Shown: positions 45,335-54,130 of the stretch, one piece after another
Layout: each line of letters opens with the position of its first letter
Position numbering within the stretch: position 1 is the stretch's first letter
Virus record (IMG/VR): IMGVR_UViG_3300033153_008361
Coordinates: 1 to 64,000 of that record
From: a virus
Strand: one strand, 5' to 3'
DNA: 64,000 bases
The notes under the pieces: model-generated
What the model saw: the letters and a program-made list of their open reading frames with translations, nothing else
The model's database searches: none
What the model was told of the DNA's origin: nothing
Translations under genes and position numbers: made by a program

Positions 45335-46213
45335 ATGTCACATATGGAAGCACAAGCAGACCTCGGAAATTGGATCGAGTTTGAAGATCCCTTAGAAGGG
45401 CGGCGGGTTGTTGAAGCTGAGTGGGAAGACGATCAGGACATAGTAACCGGGCCGGTAACTGATAAATGGGTCAATGTTTGGTTTTCCCGGCTTAGTGCTC
45501 CAGGTTATTTGGACTGTACTGCTTGGGAAGGGCCATATCACACTGAGGAAGGGGCGCTCTATGGCCTGTATGAAAGTCTCGGAAGCGATGATAGTGAGAC
45601 TTACTTCTCATTCATCGGGGATGATAAGTGGATTATCCAGGGTTCGCTAAGGGTCACAGGCCGGGAAAACCACTTATACGGCCGTCCCCTTGGCGAAAAA
45701 CCCCCGGTTGAAATTTGGTTAGCACAACTCGGAGATATTGACCTGGATGAGGAAACGGGCGAAACATTCCCCTATGATCCTAATGAGGACCATGATCTCC
45801 CCGAAGCGTATGAGTTCAGGCTGATCGATCCAAAGTCCAAGCGGGACATAAGGACCAAACGTTGGGGCTATCTGTCAGAAGCAGCGGCCGAACTCCTGGA
45901 TCGGCTGGAGTGCGCCAAGCGGGACTCAGAATGGTTCGTGAGTGTTGAGGTGTTCATCGGCTGGACCGATTATACCTGGACCACGCGCTACTCCGAGCAA
46001 CCGGCCGAAATCTCAGATAATGAGCGAACGGATCGGGCCATAGCCGAGATTTTACACGCGCTAGAACCCGATCCCAACGCGCCAACGCTTCCTATGGACT
46101 TACCCACCGTGGCGTTTACTGGCATCTATCATATGGGTATTGAAGAATTCGAGTGGTCTGAAATTGACACTCCTGGATATTATTCACGACAAGGAGATCA
46201 GAATGAAAAATGA
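45335..46213 (+). CDS. hypothetical protein
   Basis: ORF track. It has an AAAGGAG RBS. Confidence 0.6.
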   Translation: MSHMEAQADLGNWIEFEDPLEGRRVVEAEWEDDQDIVTGPVTDKWVNVWFSRLSAPGYLDCTAWEGPYHTEEGALYGLYESLGSDDSETYFSFIGDDKWIIQGSLRVTGRENHLYGRPLGEKPPVEIWLAQLGDIDLDEETGETFPYDPNEDHDLPEAYEFRLIDPKSKRDIRTKRWGYLSEAAAELLDRLECAKRDSEWFVSVEVFIGWTDYTWTTRYSEQPAEISDNERTDRAIAEILHALEPDPNAPTLPMDLPTVAFTGIYHMGIEEFEWSEIDTPGYYSRQGDQNEK

Positions 46214-46808
46214 AAATGAGATGACAGAGGGCGGACTTTTAACCAAGGGCCAAGCCCGAGACCTTGCGGACCATTTCGGATGTAAACAGGCCAACATTTA
46301 CAAGACGGGCATCATTATCGCCGTCAATGAAACTGAGGACCGTTTTGTACCTCATCCTCTTTGGCCTGATTTTATTCGCAGCCTGAAAGCGATCCGGTTC
46401 ATGGTTAAGGAGCGTTATGAGTGCCGGGTAATTGGCGCTCAGGATGATGGTCAACACGGCTGGCTTATAACCACCGTTACGGACCGGGACGGGCCGCCTA
46501 TGACACAAGAAAAGGCGCTACGGGCCGCGATCTACGCCGTTTGGCTTCAATATTCGGGTGACAATCCCCCGCTCCCTGTGGATGAAAAGATCACCACGGT
46601 CCGATCCACAGAGGGCCATGTTATGACCGTCAAAACCAACAAGTACGGGGTTGCAATTGGGGTCGAAGGATATGATCATTTCGTCAATGGGGAGATCGCC
46701 TACCTGGAGAATACAGACGGTGAATTAATCCTGTATGTTTGGGCGGACCATGACAACCAAGATCCTACCCATCGGATCGAGTTTTCCCCCACTCCAGAGG
46801 ATGAATAA
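46203..46808 (+). CDS. hypothetical protein
   Basis: Start moved to ATG 46203 (AAGGAGATCAGA upstream). Confidence 0.55.
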   Translation: MKNENEMTEGGLLTKGQARDLADHFGCKQANIYKTGIIIAVNETEDRFVPHPLWPDFIRSLKAIRFMVKERYECRVIGAQDDGQHGWLITTVTDRDGPPMTQEKALRAAIYAVWLQYSGDNPPLPVDEKITTVRSTEGHVMTVKTNKYGVAIGVEGYDHFVNGEIAYLENTDGELILYVWADHDNQDPTHRIEFSPTPEDE

Positions 46809-46814
46809 AAAGAT

Positions 46815-46841
46815 AAGCCCCGGCTGATAAGACCGGGGCTT
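46815..46841 (+). terminator. terminator-like hairpin
   Basis: AAGCCCCGG-ctgataaga-CCGGGGCTT. The T tract is weak. Confidence 0.5.
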
Positions 46842-46868
46842 GGCATACCCCTTGCGGAGTAAAGCGAA

Positions 46869-46904
46869 ATGTATACACATTCTAACACAAGGAGATCGAA
46901 ATGA
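46869..46904 (+). CDS. 11-codon upstream mini-ORF coupled to the next gene
   Basis: GGAGTAAAGCGAA then ATG TAT ACA CAT TCT AAC ACA AGG AGA TCG AAA TGA. Its stop overlaps the ATG of 46901, and its codons 8-9 form that gene's AAGGAG. Confidence 0.35.
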   Translation: MYTHSNTRRSK

Positions 46905-47155
46905 GCAAGAATCAATCGGTTACGAGTAAGGCGGAGCAGAAGCGCCTAGAAGCCCGCCAACGCGCTCGGGCCTGTGCTGATGACTTTATCAGGACCGGCC
47001 GTGTCTGTTTTGGGTGCGCCTATTACGCGCTATGCGGGATTGGGGATAGGGACGCGGCTAACCTGAGCAGCTTCTTACGGGCCGTCGATCCTGATGGGAA
47101 AAACATTACTGTTATCGGACTCGGGCCACTAGCCCCTAGTAAGGAGTCACGATGA
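46901..47155 (+). CDS. hypothetical protein
   Basis: ORF track. It has an AAGGAG RBS. Confidence 0.55.
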   Translation: MSKNQSVTSKAEQKRLEARQRARACADDFIRTGRVCFGCAYYALCGIGDRDAANLSSFLRAVDPDGKNITVIGLGPLAPSKESR

Positions 47156-47424
47156 AAAAAATACGGCTAGAACCCAAGATCAAGAAGGATAAGCCCTGGA
47201 CGGCCGTCGCCACCAAGGGAACATTCACCCATAAGGGCGCAAAGTACGCGCTCCAGGGCTTCAATAGCAACGATGAGCGGGTGATCGACACCAAGATCCA
47301 GGGGCAACTTACAATGCTTCCCTATGGGTCAAAGAGTATCGCGGTCGGTGGCTGTGTCCAGGTTCTTAACGGCTCAGGCCGGAATAACTTCCGCACCCTC
47401 ATCCTAGCCCCCAGCTCGAATTAA
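47152..47424 (+). CDS. hypothetical protein
   Basis: ORF track. It has an ATGA junction and an AAGGAG RBS. Confidence 0.55.
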   Translation: MKKIRLEPKIKKDKPWTAVATKGTFTHKGAKYALQGFNSNDERVIDTKIQGQLTMLPYGSKSIAVGGCVQVLNGSGRNNFRTLILAPSSN

Positions 47425-47435
47425 AGGAGTTTGCC

Positions 47436-47642
47436 ATGGATCCACTTAAAGATAAACGTTTTTTGAAGTACCTCATCATGTTCGGAGTCTTGGTCATGTC
47501 CTGTTGGATCGTTTTCAGCGGTTGGATACTGCCAATGCTCCCTAACACGCCCTTAAAGGGCGGGCTGGCAACGCTCGGGGGCGGGGTCATCCTGGTTGTG
47601 TGTGCTCTGCTAGTAATACGCGCCTACGAAGCCGGGGAGTAG
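47436..47642 (+). CDS. small membrane protein (2 predicted TM helices)
   Basis: The product is MDPLKDKRFLKYLIMFGVLVMSCWIVFSGWILPML...GGGVILVVCALLVIRAY. It has an AAAGGAG RBS. Confidence 0.55.
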   Translation: MDPLKDKRFLKYLIMFGVLVMSCWIVFSGWILPMLPNTPLKGGLATLGGGVILVVCALLVIRAYEAGE

Positions 47643-47650
47643 AACCCGTG

Positions 47651-47678
47651 TTGTAAAAGGTATGGGTTATGATATACT
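47651..47678 (+). promoter_or_regulatory. possible sigma70-like promoter
   Basis: TTGTAA, a 16-nt spacer, then TATACT. Confidence 0.3.
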
Positions 47679-47721
47679 ATTTTTCACCGGCTGAGATACG
47701 GTCGGTAAAGGAGTAAACGAA

Positions 47722-48726
47722 ATGGATAGAATAAAAGCTACACTTAATTTATCTTTTGATTTTCCGGCCGATTGGGGAGATGATCAGATTATAGACCATA
47801 TAAAGGATGAGGTATTGGGGTTCGGCCGCCGTCATGAACTGGAGCAATACATCGAGATCCTTAACCCGAAAATAAACCCGGCCGACTTCCTGTATGCGGT
47901 TCGACATGAGTCCGCTTTTGGACCTGTCCCCGGCGCGTATATGGGTAAGTTTCACAAGCAGGGAGCGTATGATGGGGTAGATATACTCTGCTCCTGTAAA
48001 GATTGCCGAGCAGCACACGCCTTGGCGAACCTCACGCCTGATAGCCCTCTGAACCAAGCCGACATTGTTGAGACTCCAGACGGGGAGATCGGCAACGTTT
48101 ATCAGACCAACCCGGAAGACACGCGGGTTCAGGTTATTCGGCCGTTGCAGACGCTCGTACTAAAATACCCGACCTCAAAAATATTTTTGATGGGGATCGA
48201 TCCTAATATGGCTTGCCCTAATTGTAAACAGGAGCATCAGGCTTGCCCTTGTGGAAACCCGACCTATTGCCCGCCTGATGAACCGGGCGAACCCTTCACA
48301 CGCTGTAATGAGTGCGACGAAGCCATAAAAGCGGCCGAAGTGTTGGGGATTGCTCGGCCGGAGTTGATCATTTTAACCAAAGACGTGACCCATGTCGGGC
48401 GGGACGCCTCTTTGATCGACGTGCCAAGCGGAACTCGGTGCGCTGTAAGAACGCATCTCACTAATGGTCCGGCCGTCTCTCCCCTGAATGTCCCGGTCCA
48501 GGTTCGACAGCTTGTCAAGGGTGAAAGCTACAGAACCAAGGGCGACCACGGGGAAGTCTACATCTACCAGGGGTTCAACATCAAAACCAACCGCCATGAA
48601 TTTATGCCAGAAAAACCAAGCCGTTTTGACGGGGGTGTGGGGGTTCACGAGACCAAGATCCCGACCACGCTCCAGCATCATTTCAAAATACAACTTGACC
48701 ATAGTCAATACAGACCTGCAATTTAA
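47722..48726 (+). CDS. hypothetical Cys-rich protein
   Basis: ORF track. It has the conserved initiation motif and contains CPNCKQEHQACPCG...CNEC. Confidence 0.6.
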   Translation: MDRIKATLNLSFDFPADWGDDQIIDHIKDEVLGFGRRHELEQYIEILNPKINPADFLYAVRHESAFGPVPGAYMGKFHKQGAYDGVDILCSCKDCRAAHALANLTPDSPLNQADIVETPDGEIGNVYQTNPEDTRVQVIRPLQTLVLKYPTSKIFLMGIDPNMACPNCKQEHQACPCGNPTYCPPDEPGEPFTRCNECDEAIKAAEVLGIARPELIILTKDVTHVGRDASLIDVPSGTRCAVRTHLTNGPAVSPLNVPVQVRQLVKGESYRTKGDHGEVYIYQGFNIKTNRHEFMPEKPSRFDGGVGVHETKIPTTLQHHFKIQLDHSQYRPAI

Positions 48727-48741
48727 TAAGGAGTAAAGCAA

Positions 48742-49689
48742 ATGAATGAATTAATACAGGTAAACGGCGGGCTACAAGTCCTGGTCGATCTCGTTACCAA
48801 TGGGAAATCGACCAACACAAAACGGGCCTATGGACGGGCCATCAATGATTATGCTGAGTTTGTCCAAGCTGCCAGCTTCAACGCAAAAATGAGCATGGGC
48901 GGTTTCACACGGTCAATGGTCATGTTCTATGTCAACCACTTACAAAATGAGGGGTATTCTCCGGCCTCAATTAACCAGCGATTGGCCGCGCTCCGCTCCT
49001 TAGCCAGGGAATTAAGGTACACAGGCGCTCTAAAGGACGATATAGCCAGGGGGATCGGGGAAATTGAGAACGTCCCGGACCGGGGTTCGCATGTCGGCCA
49101 CTGGCTCACCCAGGACGAAGCCAGAGACCTATTAGACGCGCCGGAGCGTGATACGCTCCAGGGGCGACAGGAGCGGCTATTACTGGCTCTCTTGCTTGGG
49201 GTTGGTCTCAGGCGGAGTGAGGCCGCGGATCTCGATTGGGCTCACATTAAGGAGCACGGCGGTAACTTTTTCGTTACCAACATCGTAGGCAAGCACAACC
49301 GGAAGCGGACAATCCCGATCCCCCCGTGGGTTGTGAAGATCCTACTCGACTGGAAGGACGAAACGGCCGCGGCCGGCCTCATTTTGCGGGCTGTAAGCAA
49401 AAGTGACAAACTCGCCGGTCATGTCCGTACCAAAGGTGGGGGAATGACTAACGGCGGGCTATCGGCTCAGGCCGTCTATAAAAAGGTGAAGCTGCTGGCC
49501 GCAAGAGCGCATATCACCGACCTCGGGCCGCATAGCCTACGCCGTACCTACGCCCAACGCCTTTACAAGCAGGGGTGTCCGCTCGATCAGATCAGCCTAT
49601 TCCTTGGTCACAAGAACCTAGAGACCACGGAACTCTATCTCGGGCTGAAAAATGTGGACCTGGAAGATCCCTTTTTCGTGGAATACTAG
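48742..49689 (+). CDS. int: tyrosine recombinase / phage integrase (XerC/D-like)
   Basis: The catalytic blocks are GLRRSEAADL, HSLRRTYA and LGHKNLETTELYLG (R...H-x-x-R...H...Y). Confidence 0.85.
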   Translation: MNELIQVNGGLQVLVDLVTNGKSTNTKRAYGRAINDYAEFVQAASFNAKMSMGGFTRSMVMFYVNHLQNEGYSPASINQRLAALRSLARELRYTGALKDDIARGIGEIENVPDRGSHVGHWLTQDEARDLLDAPERDTLQGRQERLLLALLLGVGLRRSEAADLDWAHIKEHGGNFFVTNIVGKHNRKRTIPIPPWVVKILLDWKDETAAAGLILRAVSKSDKLAGHVRTKGGGMTNGGLSAQAVYKKVKLLAARAHITDLGPHSLRRTYAQRLYKQGCPLDQISLFLGHKNLETTELYLGLKNVDLEDPFFVEY

Positions 49690-49701
49690 AAGGAGCATAT
49701 C

Positions 49702-50268
49702 ATGAATGAATCAGTAATTATGGACCATTGGCTCAAAACTATCCTGGAGTTCTCACAACTCACGCTTGATCACCGCTTCAAAAAGTGGGCCAAGTACATC
49801 ACGGATTGTGACATGGACCGGGATGATGGGTATATGTTTGAAGGGGAATGGATTGGGCCGGGAACAGTCCAAGTACCTACCGGACATCACCGTATTATTT
49901 TAACCTGTGCGATCTCCGGCTCGAATAAGTACCATTATCGACACTTCCGGGTATTGATCATGAAACCTGATACAACCCTGGAGTTTACAGACATATTCAC
50001 CGATGATCATGACAAGGGTTGGGCGCTCCGCCTGAAACCTGTGATTTGCACCCTTCTGGAAACCCTGGAGCAACGCGATCAAGGCATCCTCACGCCGCGG
50101 GACAGGGTTCATTTGGCCGCTGAAAGTTTTTCTTCCGTTGTGAGCCAGCTACCAGAGGATGAACAAATCAAATGGTTTTCGTGGCTTCTCCAGGGCAAAG
50201 ACGATCAATTCCTGCCAAAGGTCGGGGAGATGCTGGTGAAACTCAACAGAGAGGTTAATAATGTTTAG
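49702..50268 (+). CDS. hypothetical protein
   Basis: ORF track. It has an AAGGAG RBS. Confidence 0.6.
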   Translation: MNESVIMDHWLKTILEFSQLTLDHRFKKWAKYITDCDMDRDDGYMFEGEWIGPGTVQVPTGHHRIILTCAISGSNKYHYRHFRVLIMKPDTTLEFTDIFTDDHDKGWALRLKPVICTLLETLEQRDQGILTPRDRVHLAAESFSSVVSQLPEDEQIKWFSWLLQGKDDQFLPKVGEMLVKLNREVNNV

Positions 50269-50518
50269 AATAATGAGCAAGGGAAGACAGTCCGGCCAAT
50301 TAGCATCGTTGGCAACGCTGATCAAAGACGAGTCCGATGTCCAGATACTTGTTGATGAGTTCAATACCAAGCATGGATCTTGGCTGGAGTTCTCATATCA
50401 GGACGCGGCCGATCCTGTCCCCGATGGGGTCATGGAAATTGGCACTGAATTCGCCGTTGAAAAAACCGCCTTGGAAACGGTTTATATAGATCCGGTTTAC
50501 TCGGATGAGGAAGAATAA
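50261..50518 (+). CDS. hypothetical protein
   Basis: ORF track. Confidence 0.5.
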   Translation: MFRIMSKGRQSGQLASLATLIKDESDVQILVDEFNTKHGSWLEFSYQDAADPVPDGVMEIGTEFAVEKTALETVYIDPVYSDEEE

Positions 50519-50519
50519 C

Positions 50520-51182
50520 ATGGTTAAAATGGATGTTTATAACACTCGATTGGAAGTAGCGGCCGCAAGAAAGAATATGTGGTTGCACCTGCTACTTTTT
50601 GTGACCGTCCTGTTTGCCTTCTTTGTGGTAGCAAAGCCCTTTGCCAACACGGGGTCACGCTTAGAGACCTTTTACCAGAGTCCCTACTTCATGTCAGTGA
50701 CGGCCGACGGCGGGGTGGAAGTCACCTTACCAACTGACCTGGGTATGCCCAATATTCCCAGCTGCAAAGACCTTGACCCTGAGCTATGTTCTTGGGACTC
50801 CAGGATGAGATCCACCTATGCGGACGGCGAAGAAACCATAGTAATAGAGACTAGCCTAGAAGTGGACGGGGAAGTAATTGGTCAGGGCATGTTGATGAGG
50901 GTTAGAACAACCACCTTCGAGCAGCTTCTACCGCTGGCTGAGAAGGGCATAGAGTACGGTTGGGTCTCTCATATCATGGTTGATAAGGGGATGAGAGGTC
51001 AGGGACTCGGCCGACTTCTATGGCAAGCATCAGATGTGATGCTCAAATCTGTTGTTGGCAGCGGCCGGGGTATTCATGTATTTGTTGATCAGGCAGGTTG
51101 GGGACAGGCCATCATGGGGCGGGTCCCGGTTAATGATGTCATCTTCCACCTGAATGACCTTTGGGCTTACATAGTAAGATAA
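50520..51182 (+). CDS. membrane-anchored GNAT-like acetyltransferase (tentative)
   Basis: ATG 50520 follows GAGGAAG. It has an N-terminal TM helix. The C-terminal IMVDKGMRGQGLGRLLW fits GNAT motif A (R-x-x-G-x-G). Confidence 0.5.
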   Translation: MVKMDVYNTRLEVAAARKNMWLHLLLFVTVLFAFFVVAKPFANTGSRLETFYQSPYFMSVTADGGVEVTLPTDLGMPNIPSCKDLDPELCSWDSRMRSTYADGEETIVIETSLEVDGEVIGQGMLMRVRTTTFEQLLPLAEKGIEYGWVSHIMVDKGMRGQGLGRLLWQASDVMLKSVVGSGRGIHVFVDQAGWGQAIMGRVPVNDVIFHLNDLWAYIVR

Positions 51183-51191
51183 GGAGCGATT

Positions 51192-51722
51192 ATGACTACA
51201 CATGACAGTGGCATCGGTGAGATGACCAGGAAAGCAAGGTACTTTGTCTCTCAGCAACGCATTATGGAAAAAATAAATGGCTTGCTGGACGCCAACAACC
51301 GGGAATTCCGGGTTGTCTCGGGGACAAAAGAGAAGCCTAGTCGATGGCGGAAAAGCCAAGAGCCAAAAGACTCGCGCAAATGGCAGCGCCAATTGCCCTT
51401 GGCTGGTTCGGGGGCTGTAATTATCCAGGAGCGGGGACATCTGGCAACTAAGGTAAAAGTAATTCTATCAGGCAGCGACACGGCCGATCAGATTGTATTC
51501 AAAAGTGCGAACGGCGAAAGAACCGACATCTTTCTTATGGGTCATTGGGTGTGGGCCTTGCAAGAGGAATATAACGCTCAGGCCCATCGAAACCTGAACC
51601 CGGAAATTCTGGAGTATGAAAATACCTTTATGCCATTATGGGATTGGCCCGGAGTCAATGACCCACACGAAACCTTTGATCCGTATCATAAATTCATGTT
51701 GGATCATCCCCCGCCTGAATAA
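51192..51722 (+). CDS. hypothetical protein
   Basis: ORF track. It has an AAGGAGCGATT start region. Confidence 0.6.
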   Translation: MTTHDSGIGEMTRKARYFVSQQRIMEKINGLLDANNREFRVVSGTKEKPSRWRKSQEPKDSRKWQRQLPLAGSGAVIIQERGHLATKVKVILSGSDTADQIVFKSANGERTDIFLMGHWVWALQEEYNAQAHRNLNPEILEYENTFMPLWDWPGVNDPHETFDPYHKFMLDHPPPE

Positions 51723-51754
51723 TCCCCCAACAAATATGATGCGGCTCTAAAAGT

Positions 51755-51782
51755 GAAAGCCCGGTCCTGTGACCGGGCTTTC
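51755..51782. terminator. bidirectional terminator hairpin between convergent genes
   Basis: GAAAGCCCGGTC-ctgt-GACCGGGCTTTC is a 12-bp stem. Confidence 0.7.
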
Positions 51783-51828
51783 TGCTCACCCAACATGGAT
51801 CAGGATGAGTGTTTGGCGCATTATCAGC

Positions 51829-53046
51829 TTACAATAATTCTTCCTCGGGCACAAGTGCCTTTGGCTTAGTAAGCCAATCATACATTTCCTGAGCCGTAGT
51901 CCCCTTTAGCTTCTGGTCCATAATAATCTTGAATTTCCCGGCCTCAATAACCGCTTGCTGGCTATCAGTGAAGGGGTATTCCTTTAGTCTGAGCAGGTAG
52001 TCAACGACACTGGTCAAGTCATCTTTGACCGTGGCTGCAGCATAAACCACTTTGCCGATGGTGGCATCAGGGGTGTTAAGTCCGGCCCGTAAAGTGTCCT
52101 TATCCAGGTCAGTTTCATACGCGGGTTCAGTGTCCTCGACCTGAATTTCCGCTGCCGGCTGCTCCTGTGGGGCCGACGCCGGCGAATTTTTGTCCTCTGT
52201 TTTGTCCTCTGTTTTGTCCTTTACTAGATCATCGACATGCTGAACCCACGCGATCCACATTTCCGGCTTAGTTTCAGGGCTCACAACATCCTTAACGCGC
52301 TCATACTCTGACTCGGCTTCTTCTGGCAGCAAGCCAAGGCTCTTAGCGCCCCACTTAATCGCTTCGTCCCTGGAATGGAATGAGGAATAGATTAGGCGCT
52401 CCAGCCGCTCGGCCCCACCTGCCCAATAATTGCCGGGTTCATCATAGAGCGTAAAACCGGTGTTGGCAGGTCGGCCACCAAAATCACGCGCCTCGACTAC
52501 CGTTATTCCAAAACGATCCTTCTTACGAAAGAACTCCAAAGACACATTTATGGAAGTTGCAAGGCGGGCCATTTCCACGCCCGAGATCATGTCCCGGACC
52601 TCAGAGTTTCCCATCCCGTCTATCCCATGTGTCCTGTGGTAACAGTAAAAAATGTCTGTTCCAAATACAGCTATATCCCTGGCCACTGACATAGCATTTG
52701 CCTTGTCGATATGTTCACTGGCTTTGTTCTTTGACCTTCCGGCCCTGGCCCGCATGTAGCCAATACGCGCATGAACAGAATACAGCTTCGTCAAAGAATC
52801 AAAGACAACCGTCTTGGCCTCTTTTTCTACTACCAATACCATCAATTCCTCAACCAGGGTCAGGGGATCGATGAACTGTTTTGGATAGATAATTTCGCCG
52901 TCTGCTAATGGCGCAACCGCTCCAAAGCGGCCGTCAGTATCGACTACAATAGCTGGCCGCCGCACATTAGACCCGAGGAAGGTAGACTTTCCCGCACCCG
53001 CTCCGTCACTAAATAACGCCCAATGCCTACGCTTTAATTTGTTCAT
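51829..53046 (-). CDS. AAA_24 / Sak4-like phage ATPase with C-terminal extension
   Basis: Walker A is GAGAGKST. It continues ...IVVDTDG...VVFDSLTKL. ATG 53046 follows AGGAGAAG. Confidence 0.65.
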   Translation of the reverse strand: MNKLKRRHWALFSDGAGAGKSTFLGSNVRRPAIVVDTDGRFGAVAPLADGEIIYPKQFIDPLTLVEELMVLVVEKEAKTVVFDSLTKLYSVHARIGYMRARAGRSKNKASEHIDKANAMSVARDIAVFGTDIFYCYHRTHGIDGMGNSEVRDMISGVEMARLATSINVSLEFFRKKDRFGITVVEARDFGGRPANTGFTLYDEPGNYWAGGAERLERLIYSSFHSRDEAIKWGAKSLGLLPEEAESEYERVKDVVSPETKPEMWIAWVQHVDDLVKDKTEDKTEDKNSPASAPQEQPAAEIQVEDTEPAYETDLDKDTLRAGLNTPDATIGKVVYAAATVKDDLTSVVDYLLRLKEYPFTDSQQAVIEAGKFKIIMDQKLKGTTAQEMYDWLTKPKALVPEEELL

Positions 53047-53374
53047 CCACTTCTCCTGTATCCATACGGGATTCAAATAATAGCCCCTGGCGATACAAAC
53101 TATCGTCGTCGTAATACTGGATAGCTTGCATTTCTTCCATCAATTTATCTTCATCTATAAACCACGCCATAAGCTGCATCTTCTTAACGATCCAACGTAA
53201 CGCGATTTCCTCACCCGCTTCCTTAACTTTGTGCAACTCCTTAACCGCGATCCTAATATCTACAAGACCTGGGGTATCCTTTTCCCACTTTTCTACTAGC
53301 GCCTTGATCAAGCCGATGTCAGGGTCTTGGCTCAGCATCCATAATAGGGTTGTGACTTGCAGTTCAGATTTCAT
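53027..53374 (-). CDS. hypothetical protein, probably leaderless
   Basis: ATG 53374 (MKSELQV) lies 6 nt downstream of a TACAAT -10 box. The longer track ORF would run through the promoter. Confidence 0.45.
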   Translation of the reverse strand: MKSELQVTTLLWMLSQDPDIGLIKALVEKWEKDTPGLVDIRIAVKELHKVKEAGEEIALRWIVKKMQLMAWFIDEDKLMEEMQAIQYYDDDSLYRQGLLFESRMDTGEVDEQIKA

Positions 53375-53380
53375 GACCAG

Positions 53381-53409
53381 ATTGTAGCAAAACCATGTCC
53401 CATAAGCAA
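53381..53409 (-). promoter_or_regulatory. sigma70-like promoter (leftward)
   Basis: The minus strand reads TTGCTT (53409-04), a 17-nt spacer, then TACAAT (53386-81). Confidence 0.5.
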
Positions 53410-53416
53410 CCCTGAC

Positions 53417-53445
53417 TTGACAGCAAGTCCCTGTACCGCTAATAT
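53417..53445 (+). promoter_or_regulatory. sigma70-like promoter (rightward)
   Basis: TTGACA (53417-22), a 17-nt spacer, then TAATAT (53440-45). The ATG at 53454 begins 8 nt after the -10 box. Confidence 0.55.
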
Positions 53446-53453
53446 TGTGCCTT

Positions 53454-53834
53454 ATGATTGTAAAATACAAGAAGCCAATAAGAAATACTCGCGTATCAAC
53501 GAGAATACCGGACGGGCTACTCACACGCATCTATAAATTGGGGGATAAACACTTACCAAAACCGTTCAAAAATGTGTTCATGGAATACATCATGGAATTG
53601 GGGCTCTCTGCCTATAAAGACGGAAAAATACTCAAACGCAAATATGTGTTCAAAGGGGTGCAGCAACAATTAAACCACGATATGCAAAAGCATATTGTCC
53701 AAGAATTTAAGAAACTATCAGAGGAACATCGTCCCCAAGTAACGCGCCAAGAATTTTTAGCCTTCATCTTGGGCCTCGGAGTCCAGTCCTACGAAAAAAT
53801 CTATAACGAATATGGGTTCAAGAAGGAAAATTGA
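53454..53834 (+). CDS. ribbon-helix-helix-like DNA-binding protein (tentative)
   Basis: The N-terminal KKPIRNTRVSTRIPDGLLTRI resembles the beta-strand region of CopG/Arc-type RHH proteins. Start placed at ATG 53454. Confidence 0.5.
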   Translation: MIVKYKKPIRNTRVSTRIPDGLLTRIYKLGDKHLPKPFKNVFMEYIMELGLSAYKDGKILKRKYVFKGVQQQLNHDMQKHIVQEFKKLSEEHRPQVTRQEFLAFILGLGVQSYEKIYNEYGFKKEN

Positions 53835-54058
53835 TGGATTATCCAATTGTTGATTTGACCGCAGACATAGCTGCTCAACATGCCCATCGTTGGCGGGATA
53901 AAGATGATGATTACTGGTTGAAACGGATGGTGCAGGAAGTGGGAGAGTTGGCATCTGTTTTGGCTAATGATCATGATGATACGGTCGAACATGAACTATT
54001 TCAGATTGCTAGTATTACTATCAATTGGCTGGATAAAAGGATGAATAATGAAGATTGA
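53834..54058 (+). CDS. MazG-like nucleotide pyrophosphohydrolase (small all-alpha type, tentative)
   Basis: QEVGELASVL...EHELFQIASITINWL fits the E-x-x-E-L pattern of phage MazG-like proteins. Confidence 0.45.
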   Translation: MDYPIVDLTADIAAQHAHRWRDKDDDYWLKRMVQEVGELASVLANDHDDTVEHELFQIASITINWLDKRMNNED

Positions 54059-54130
54059 TTTGACGCGCTAATAGAAAAGGATTAAGATAATTTTAGGTCG
54101 GTGCCATAATTAACAATCAGGTTCAAGCAG

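Noticed and set aside
31200-46000. The cyanobacterial HIP1 palindrome (GCGATCGC) as the source of the GATC excess.
   Set aside because: GATCGC and GCGATC half-sites are common, but I did not find the full octamer while reading the region. The enrichment centres on GATC itself, with varied flanks.
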